Below, one piece after another: positions 24,920 through 36,200 of a stretch of 64,000 nt of DNA. The translations under genes and the position numbers were made by a program. Location: the NCBI RefSeq assembly GCF_001194135.2, contig NC_068986.1, forward strand, positions 38,858,249 to 38,922,248, read 5' to 3'. Within the stretch, counting starts at the first letter, position 1; the number at the start of each line of letters is the position of its first letter. The stretch comes from Octopus bimaculoides. Its lineage: Eukaryota. The notes beneath the pieces were generated by a model, which was given only the letters and a program-made list of their open reading frames with translations, was not told where the DNA came from and searched no databases.

Positions 24920-25074
24920 TTAACTTGAATGATGTGTTGATTGGTCCATGTTAAAACTGGCATTATCACAAACTGACGTTGAAGCAGCATTTTTCTTTAA
25001 ACTATCAAAGTATTCCTGTTGGGACTGAGCAATCACTTGTGCAAGGATGTCATCTTCTTCCCATTCTGTTAGAC
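24920..25074 (-). CDS. OTUD5: OTUD5 last coding exon with UIM ([28 protein letters not shown]…HHSS*)
   Basis: cacttcag acceptor, TAA at 24922-24920; UIM-like motif. Confidence 0.95.
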
Positions 25075-25874
25075 CTGAAGTGAACAGACAACACTATAAC
25101 GAATGGCACTACTTATAAAAATATATTTTAAAAGATAAGATAAATTAAGTCTTTAAATTAGATCTTCATTTAGCTATCTCCAGAAATATCTTCATTATAT
25201 GGGTTGAAATAGAAAAACAAATCTAGATTCAAACTGTCATCATTTTGTAGCATCTATACAGTACATTTATTTCTTCATAGCTACATTAATATGTTAAGCT
25301 ATGCTCTAATCTATATTAGTTAAGATAAGGAAAATTACACAAGATCTTAACTCTCTTAAACATGTCAAGGTGAAGAGTGAAAAGAAATGTGCAAACCTTA
25401 TTTCTACAATGGAAGATTTAAAAGAAGGGCAAAAATAATCTAAACTACTTAATGACATCTATATTAAAAAATAAAGATTTCACTAAATTTATTCATTTTA
25501 AACTTACCAAACATAGTTGGTGGCAAGTGATTCATTAAAGATGCAGTTTCATCAAAACCACCTGTAGCCATATCACTAGAAGTGCAACTTGCAGTTGCAC
25601 CAGCTGCAGCACCAAGAAGAGGTTCACTGCCAAGTTGAGGCGATTTAGGACATCCTATAAGAAGCCAATAAACATAAATATCACAATATCATCTGTAATT
25701 AAATAATACTGAAGGTGTTTTAAAAAAAGGCATGTAAATTTTTACTTTGTTATTACTCTTTATAGACAACCATGTTCAAATCTTTTATTCACAACATATT
25801 AACAAAAAGACAAGAGAACATTTGGATAGCTTCAACCTAAATATTATCAATTGTGTAAACCAAACACAAAATGA

Positions 25875-25907
<33 letters not shown>

Positions 25908-27013
25908 AGAAAATAAAGACGGAATAAATGAGATGAACAGTTATTCTTTTAGTTATTTCATTGAAGAAATTACCTCAGAAAGTTTTCCCTCATCTGGGAT
26001 CAGAAAGAAATATGTAATAACTACCAATTCACCATTTACATTCACTTTCCAAATTAACTTTGGAAGGACAGGTGATCACAACGTAAGTCAGTTCTAATTT
26101 GGAGTTTCTATATGTCGAAATAGGTCAAAAGACTAAACTCATACATTTCATTTTTGGTACTTTTCTACAGCTGTGTACTCTTACTAACACCAACTACTTT
26201 ACAGTGTACTGGGTGCATATATGGTGGCAACACCATCAGAGTGGTGTCATGTCAATGATAAGACCTCTTGACTCCTACACTGTGTCTGTTCATTTGCCAA
26301 CCATTTTATGGAGTGTACTCCATGCATTTTATCATGGCACCACTACTAATGAGATTGCTTTATATCTCATAAGACTAAAGATGTATGTAATGAATCAAGA
26401 AATGGCAGAAACATCATACAGTTGATTTTACTTATTTGGACAACTTCTCAAAAAAAAAAAAACAATATCAAATCAATGTAAAATTGATCAGTTAATTGTA
26501 TAAGATTTGTTCTAAATTTGTAGTACAAAAGAAAAAGGTTGCACAACATTTGATTTCATTGAAATGATTCTGGACCCTTTTAATCTCATAAAGAATTATA
26601 ATAGCAGTAGTTAATACTTTTTGTTTACAAACAAAACAGTCAAATGCATTTAAGTTGTTCTTACATTGCAATAAATTAAAGACTTTAAAGTTTAGATTTC
26701 AGTGCAGTTTTATTTCAACTGTGTAATAAATTTCTCCAATAAATGAATTTTCATTGAGGATAAAAAAATTTTTAAAAAGATAGTTTTAAATGAAGAATTG
26801 ACACTATTTTGGCATTTTTATCATCAACTACATCCATCAACACCCTTGCCTCGTCTCTTAAAAACAAGATCTTTATATTTGAATGAAAAGAAACTATTAA
26901 TTATACATCACTTCAAAAATTGAAGAATTGGATAATCTCCCAACCATAAAATATATAATAAAAGAAATATACCTGAATGCAATGCTAAGTCAACAGGCCG
27001 ATTAGGACTACAA

Positions 27014-27054
<41 letters not shown>

Positions 27055-30000
27055 TTGCTGTTGCTGCTGTTGCTGTTGTTGCTGTTGCTGCATTTGTTGT
27101 TGCTGTAACTGTTGTTGTTCATGGGAGCTTTCTTCAGCATTGGGACTACTTTGAGTGGAGTTTGAAGCACTACGATTGCGGGGTGAACGTCCAAGACGGC
27201 CACAGTCAGGAGAAGCAACTGTTTCTGGACCATTTAGAGAATATTCACTGGCGGAGCTACATGTTGCACTTGCAGATCTAGCCTAGTAACAAAATATAAA
27301 TACTAAACATCAAACCAAATAAAAACTTTAGATATTTTAAACAGTAGTCTATAAAACACAGATAATTCTATTCTTTTACTGGTTTCAGACAGATTGTGTT
27401 ATCATGCTGGGAACATTGTCTTCAAGAGTATAGACAAATCAACCCCAACATTTAACTACTATTTGGGAGGATGAAAGATAAAAGTTGACAAAGGTGAGGT
27501 TGAAACTCAGTATATAAAGGGACATAACCGAAATCCACATGCTTATTTGTTCAATGCTCAATCGATTTGGCCATCCACCAGTATCATGTTTGTACACATG
27601 ACACTACTGACAGGACACCCATTACTTCAAAACCAGTTCTTTTTAACATATACTAAACAACGTTTTTCCAAAATCACTTAAAATTTTTTTTTTTTAAATA
27701 AATCCATAGGATATCATCATCATCATCATCGTTGATGATGATATCCTATGGATTTATTTAAAAAAAAAAAAAACAAAAAATAAAAATTTATAAAAATCAA
27801 AATAAACTGTCACCATAGCGAAAAATGTGACAAAAAGTGACATTTGATAATCATCACAACCAGAATAAGAATATTTTAATAGTGGATGCCTACTGTTTAA
27901 ACTATATAATTACTGATCACTTCATCTTCCTCAAAACTAAATCCAATAGCAGAAAATTATTTTTTAAAGTTCATCTATCATTTCCATAGCAGTATATTTT
28001 AATCAGAGATGTTGCCAACTAAAATCTAAAATAATCTCATTTTGCAGAGCAAAAACTTCAGTTATGAAAAATTATATATTCACTGAAATTAAACATACAA
28101 CATATGTGTGTGTGTGCGCGCGCATGTGTGTGTGTACACACGTGCATATGGGAACATGTGTGTGTGCATCTGTATAAAACCAAAACATTATCTTAGTACA
28201 CAAAATATATATTGAATATGATGATAGTTTATGAAAATACAACCATCATTAACAGTTTCAAATAATTGCTTATTCCAGTGGACTTTGTGATAGTGGTTGT
28301 TTACATAAGCATGAAATCAGCATTTTAGGCAACAGGAAATAAAAATTTGTAATATCCATGCCTTTCTTAAGGATATTAATAACATAACTAAATTAAAATA
28401 GGAATTAAAATCAGGTCACTGACTCGGTTCAAAGTTCTTACTGCTACACTACAGCACTACCAAGATACTTTGAAATATTGCATCCTGTTAACATTTCATC
28501 TGTACTTGACTGCATGTTTGAGCTTGACTGTTCTATGTGTATTTTTCCATCTGTCCTCAGTGCAACCTTCAACTGTAGACAACCAGTTAAAAGAAAGAAA
28601 AAAAACTGCTGGACAGCAAGGCATCAACTCCAAAATTACAAAATATTTAGCAAAATTCCAGTTTTGTGAATTGAAATTAAATGCCAACTGAAATCTAGGC
28701 ATCAGAAGAATGAAGTGAATCCAACTGCCAAAACAAACTACACCAGAATAAACAGCTATAAGAAAAATAATACATTACATGTATGTAAAGAATTTTAGCT
28801 TAATCTTTATGCAGATTTGATCCTGTTTGAATAACAAAAATAGCATAATTACATTCAAGTCAGAAGTGATAATTAATTAATAAAACGAAATATAGCATCA
28901 AAACCACTACATACTGAAGTATTATCAATAAAACAAATCTCATATTTTCTTTCTGTGGGATTTCTTGCAAATCTTCTAAGACTAATTTAAAGTATTTTGA
29001 AGGAAACAAAAATAAAAACTACTTTCAGATAATGCTAAAGATATCAGAACACTGAACAGTTTCTAAAAAAAAAGTTTAAAAAATTACTTCTGCTCCAGCT
29101 TATATGTAACAAAAGTATATGAAGGCAAATGTCACCTGAAGTACAGCTAAGTTATAGAGAAAATGAAAAAAATAGTCAATAAATAACAAATTATATTAAA
29201 AATATCACAGCACTGTAGCACTGATGTTCTTACTGGGCCTTGAATTTTAGCTCTCTTTTCATTATCTCTAAGCCACTGCAAATATGATTCTCGAGCCACC
29301 TGCTCTTCAATTGTTTCTTGAGTCAATTCCCAGTCAGTTTCACGTAATTTATCTTCTAACATAGCCTGAAAGAAGAAAAAAATTATATCAGGTTCTTTTT
29401 ATTAATTGTTACATTGATTCAGAACTCATTCTACCCAAGTTTCAATCTGTTTATTTTTCCTTCTTTTTTTCATCTAGAAGAAAAAAATTTTGTTTCACTT
29501 ATATTCTTTATTTTGTTTTGAAAGAGCTAAAGAGTTATTCCGAAACATTTAACAGCTTAAAAACAATTTTTAAAGCCTATTTCCCAACAGAAAAAATTAA
29601 CTATTCAATCCAAAGAGATAACAAAAGGCAACAAAAATTTTGTTACATCATCATCATCATCATCATCGTTTAACGTCCGCTTTCCATGCTNNNNNNNNNN
29701 NNNNNNNNNNNNNNNNNNNNNNNNNNNNNNNNNNNNNNNNNNNNNNNNNNNNNNNNNNNNNNNNNNNNNNNNNNNNNNNNNNNNNNNNNNNNNNNNNNNN
29801 NNNNNNNNNNNNNNNNNNNNNNNNNNNNNNNNNNNNNNNNNNNNNNNNNNNNNNNNNNNNNNNNNNNNNNNNNNNNNNNNNNNNNNNNNNNNNNNNNNNN
29901 NNNNNNNNNNNNNNNNNNNNNNNNNNNNNNNNNNNNNNNNNNNNNNNNNNNNNNNNNNNNNNNNNNNNNNNNNNNNNNNNNNNNNNNNNNNNNNNNNNNN

Positions 30001-33000
30001 NNNNNNNNNNNNNNNNNNNNNNNNNNNNNNNNNNNNNNNNNNNNNNNNNNNNNNNNNNNNNNNNNNNNNNNNNNNNNNNNNNNNNNNNNNNNNNNNNNNN
30101 NNNNNNNNNNNNNNNNNNNNNNNNNNNNNNNNNNNNNNNNNNNNNNNNNNNNNNNNNNNNNNNNNNNNNNNNNNNNNNNNNNNNNNNNNNNNNNNNNNNN
30201 NNNNNNNNNNNNNNNNNNNNNNNNNNNNNNNNNNNNNNNNNNNNNNNNNNNNNNNNNNNNNNNNNNNNNNNNNNNNNNNNNNNNNNNNNNNNNNNNNNNN
30301 NNNNNNNNNNNNNNNNNNNNNNNNNNNNNNNNNNNNNNNNNNNNNNNNNNNNNNNNNNNNNNNNNNNNNNNNNNNNNNNNNNNNNNNNNNNNNNNNNNNN
30401 NNNNNNNNNGTCTGCCTTTTACTGAGTGAGAGTCCCTTTGTCGCCAGCAGGGGTAAGAGAGAACTAAATAGGTGTTCCTGGCTAAATTCGGTATGCTAAT
30501 TTCAAATCTATAATTAGATATTTCCTATCACATCTAGATTTTGTGTAAAATGCAAATCACTTAGTAAAATTTCCTACCATATCCAAATTCTGGTTTTAAT
30601 CAGCTTAATGCCAGAAATATGAAACTTGCTTTTCAAGGTTAAAGCAATTTTTGGGACACTGACATATGCTCTGATGAGTCCAGATTTGCTCTATTTCCTG
30701 ACAATGGACAAGTGTGGTTCTGGAGACTCTGTGATCAAGAATTTGATGTGAAAAGATTGCAGCCAACACTGAAACTCAGCAGCTATTTTCTGAGATGGTC
30801 TGGGGAGCAATTTGGAGCAATGGCTGATCAGAGCCGTGGAGTGTGAGGGAAACATAAACTCAGATAAATATGTGTCCATATTGCAGAAAGGACTCCTTCC
30901 AATCTTCTCCAGTGGTGAAATGATTAAAGACTCTTTATTTATAGAAGATGGGGCTCCTTGTCACACAGCTAAAATGACCTAAGATTTGTTGAATGAGAAT
31001 GACATTAAAAAGCTTTCATGGCCAAGCTAGTCACCAGATATGAACCCTATTGAACACCCCTGGAACATAATGGATGGGACACTTCATAAAAAGAACAAGA
31101 AAGCATCTTCAAAGCCAGATCTTTTGAGATTACTGCATGAAACATGGCAAGAAATTCCGCAAGAGAATATTCGTCACTTGATCAATAATATGCCTAATAA
31201 GGTCCTTGCATTGAAAAATGCAAAGGGCATGTCTACTAAATATTAAATATTCACATTATAACAATTAATAAATAATTTGGATGTATAATTTCAGATTTAA
31301 ATAAATGATTATAAGGGTGTCTATTTACTTCTGTCATGTCTGTAGATCTTCCACCACTTCACATTAAACTTGGCCTTATGAAAAATTTTGTGAAGAGTAT
31401 GGATGATCAAGATAGTTCTTTCTAATATCTAAAGGATAAATTCAAAGAAATATTGACAGATGCTATGCTAGAAGCTGGAGTTTTCACTGGACCACAGATC
31501 CACAGTGTCATCCACAATTCATCATTTCCATCTAATCTAAATGAGAATGAACTAGGAGCATGAACATCTTTTGTTGAAGTTGTCAAAATTTTTCTTGGAA
31601 ACCACAAAGCTGAAAACCACCGTGAACTCATAGAAAACATGCTTCAATCTTATGAAAAAATGGGATGCAGAATGTCTTAGAAAATAAATTTTTTACATTC
31701 TTATCTTCCCAGCCAACCTTGGGGCTGAGTGACAAGCATGGTGTGAGCACGTCCACCAACAGATCTCAGATACCAAGGTAATTTCAAGCCATAAATGGGA
31801 GATTATAGTTGGTTCTTGCAGAAGAAGAGCTCATCATCCTGCAAGTGACAAAGGAAGAGGAAACACCAAAGTTTCACTTAAGAACAGGAAGTTGCCTCTC
31901 GGCAGCAACAACAAAATACTAATGCGCTTTGGATGGATGGATGGATGGTTGGATGCAGGGGTGGCAACTCCACCAGCAGAATTCCACTGTCTGTCTTAAA
32001 CTGGAAAAAGGAGGAAAGACATTCCTGTTCACTAATTATTTAAGTATACCTAACATAAAATGTGGCATGGAAAAGTAGTTTAGACGATTTTTGTAATAGA
32101 AGCACATGAGAAAGAATGAAAAATAGAGGTTTTTGGTTCCATAAAATCTGAACATGATAGAAAAATTGAAATGTAAGATCTGAAATTAGCATCAGAAATT
32201 TGATAGGAATCAGTAGTTTACGTATCTGTAACAAAAAAAGTTGTAATTTGTTGCCTGGTGTAATAGATGTATCCTTTCATGCATTATGGAGGGAGAGAAC
32301 AATAAAACAAATAATGAAGAAGGCAGCACTTTATGATTTCCAGAAGATGAAAGATAGAATGCAATTCATGGATTTGGAAGAATATAATGGATGCAAGCTT
32401 TAATAAACTACATTCAATAAAATATCATCCAATTTACTTAAGTAATTGCAATGTTGGTTATAAAATCTCAATTTAAATTTTTCCCTTATTTGAGGATACA
32501 CTATATGCTTATATGAGTATCTGACCTTGCTAGTAAAGCCAACTGTCTATATGTATTCGAGATCATTTAAAACCAGATATGCAGAATAACTATGTACCTC
32601 CTCTGTAGCAAGACACTTGTACTTGGCTCTGTTGTACTTTAACCTCTCAACACCTGATATAAAGTCACTTCACACTCAGGGGCTTCTACCATTTTTTTTC
32701 TTCTTGTCTTGCAAGTTATTTGGCCACCTCACTAATACCAGTGGCATGGAAAAAAGCACCCAGTACACACTGTAAAGTGGCTGGCTTTATGAAAGACATC
32801 CAGCCATAGAAATTATGCTAAAACTGACATTGCAATTCAACAGTCTTGTGGCTCATCCGATACTATGAAAACGTCCATGGCAAATGGGCATTAAATGAGG
32901 ATGATTTTTCCATGTTTATTGGTTCCATTTCTTTTAAGGTATGTTCATGCTTATTACAAAATCCAAACAGAATCCAAACATAGACACACTAATTAATGCT

Positions 33001-33227
33001 TACATGTGCGCCAAGCTTTCATTTCTAATAAGAGTTAAATTGCAGCTAAAGAGTGAAATTCAATTATGACAATTCACATCAAAAGTGTACGAGATAAAGA
33101 AGTATGGTATATACAAGTAAATAGTTGATTTGCAAGAAGTCTACTAAAGCAACACTAAAAACTTCTAAGGTTATATAATTTCTCAACATATTTTCAAGAC
33201 AAAAAGAAATATGCAATATGTTTGTGA

Positions 33228-33261
<34 letters not shown>

Positions 33262-36200
33262 NNNNNNNNNNNNNNNNNNNNNNNNNNNNNNNNNNNNNNN
33301 NNNNTATATATATATGAATGAATACAGCGAGTATATGTTAAAGATTCACAAGGTGTCTACGGTAAAGACTTATTATTAATGTTATTGTAATATATCCTTT
33401 CAGTTCCTTTAATGCTTATTTTCTCTTTTGACTTATGTATCTATGCACGCTGACATTACACATCCAGTAGAAAATGTTTACCTCATTTTCACCCCAGCCT
33501 TCGCATATATCTGTATTCAATGCCCATTTCTTGCTACCATGCAGCACTGCACAAAAGCGCACTTCATACATAGCATCAAACATTCAGCCTTCCAGTCAGA
33601 GAGAGAATGCCTTTGCTGTCAACAGATGTAACAGTTTCTTGAAATTATAAGACCTCATCTTTACTTCAGATAATATGCTTTTGTAATAACAACCTTCACA
33701 GCTGATTGGATTACTTTAAATAATAAAAGCTTCTGCATAGTTGAAATGTCATTTCTGCTAACTACTCCTCTGAATGCACTTTTTGCGCACATGAAGTTTG
33801 AGTACACAGTATAAAGTTTCTATTTACATACAAATATTAAATCACAGAAAATTTTACATGATATACAATATATGATACCAAAAGCTGATATCAACTTACT
33901 TTTTCAATATGAAAATCTTCTGATTGTGTTACAGCATCTCGCATTAGATTCTTTTCAGCTAACTGAAATATAAAAACAAAAAAGAAAATGAAATAACACA
34001 AATAAGTAAAACCAATTTTGCTTTGACAGTAATTTATCTAAATAACTCTACAACATTAAAAAAAGTAAATACTATTAAAACCTAAAATATAAATTATCTT
34101 AGGGGAATAATTTTGCTAACATTTCAAATTTCTTAAAGTCCTAGTTACAATTTAAAATACATTCTATTTTCATTTTATTACATGAAAATACGATTATCCA
34201 ACACTATTCAGAGAAAAATTAATCACAAGAGATAAAACTAGGATAAAACAAATACATAAATAACATTAAAATAATAGAGGCATTAAAAAGTTGCATCATT
34301 TTTTAAAAATGAGAAATTCTTTCCTTTTAACTTATAACATTTTCATTTGAATATAGTAAATATATTATTTAACTGCTTTAAAAGTTTTAAATTTACGTTA
34401 TCCCAAAATCAGAAATGCACATTTCTGACTATATATCTCAACAGTAAACTTGCTTTGTAATTGATGAAAAGGAAGCTAATTGCAATCAGCATAGGTAAAT
34501 ATCAGCTAATAAAGTTTACGATTCTCAATAATAATCTTGGAAGTTGTGGGGTAGATGCAAGTTATAACATTTCAGGTTCGCCCTTTCTTTGGAGAAAGGA
34601 TTAAATAGTTTAGATACTCGAAAAGAATAAGTTCAAAACTAAAATAGTTTAATAACAATATTTTTATTAGCTGAAATATATTTAGTAAAATTAATGCTTT
34701 AAACACATATATTACTATAAATACAAAAGTAATTTATAGAGTTAAAAAATAAGTGAGGATAAAGTAAGTAAATAGAGGCAAAACACTGAAAATCAAAATG
34801 AATACTTACCCCAGGTTGAAGACCAGGTAATCCAAGTCCTACACCTATGGTAGCTTTATATGGGTCCACAACTGAATTATAATGAACATTTCTATGATAA
34901 CTTATTCTTATTGGTTCATTGTCCGTTTTATAAGAAGAATGAAATGTGTTGATAGGATCTAAATAACAATATGTGAAGAAAGAAAAGTCAGTACAGGAAA
35001 TAGCCAAAAATTCTTCATTTGAATGGAAAATACTCTTAAAAATTTATTAAAATAAATTAGACAAATTAAAAGTTGTTCCACTGAAAAAGAACCTGGTAGT
35101 ATGGCCATAAAAAAAGGACAAGAGTAAAAGCTGTATTAATAAACATGTAACATTTATTTCTACAGTAGGGTGATGTAAATTAGCAAGCATTTTTATATTA
35201 TCAGAGAAACCAAAACAAAAATGTTCTCAAATCAAATCAAATGAGTTGAAACAAAATATAACAGCTGAAGTCTTGGAAGTGGAACGTTTTTTGTTTTGTT
35301 TCTTTTTAATGGTAAGACAGTAAGAACACAAGACCTTAAATGATATTAAAGCCATAAACATATTTAACCCATTTGATACCAACCTGCCCAAGACCACCTC
35401 TGGATCTGATATAAACTTATGTTCTGAACACCAGCTTAATGATAAAGTTATTTAACAAAGGCAGTGTATTTCAACAGAAACAGAGCAACAAAATAATTAA
35501 ACTGTGCAGTTAACTATTATTGATAATTGTCATCAATGAGTGACAAAACTACGACATTAAGGGAAGTTGGAATATTAACTCACTGTTCATAAAATAAAGC
35601 ATAATAATTCAAATTGGGAAGCACAGCTGCATCTGGCAACTTACTGCAACATCTTCAACAGTTTATTTTTTTTATTAACAACTTATGCAGGAGGAGGAGG
35701 AGCATAAATTAACTTTTCAGCCACTAATTTAACCCTCTTGGAACATGCAGGCCGATTGATCAGCCCAAGTGATACAAGCTGAAAGGACTTTGAGGCCAAT
35801 CCATTGGCCCAATGAAACAAATGAATAGTTGGTTTTGAAGTGTAATAGCCAATCAGAGATCATCTTTCAGTAGATGTATTTCCTGTTGTGCAATACCGAC
35901 AAAGTCACCATGTTTGCCCAAAGTGTTTAGTGTGTTTTTATTTGTTTTTACCTATAAAGTACCCACTGCAAAGATGAGCAATTCTGACGAACCAAGTAAT
36001 GAGTTTGATACAAGTGAGTCAATGTTGCAAAGACCAAAGTTCTAGTAAGTAGGAAGGCGGACACATCACACACCCCGTCAGGTGTGTGTCATGTGTAGAA
36101 AAGGTGCTTGATCTATAGAAAAGGTGTAGGTAAAAACTCCATAAGATGTACCCAGTATAATCTATAGACACATAAGAGGTGCAGGAACATCGAAGGAAGA

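Noticed and set aside
26985-27233. Poly-N/S ORF
   Set aside because: It is an alternative frame of the OTUD5 polyQ exon.
30671-30715. CTGATGAGTCC…GGAC resembling a hammerhead core and stem II
   Set aside because: It lacks GAAA and stem I, and is explained by the Tc1 S-D-E-S codons.
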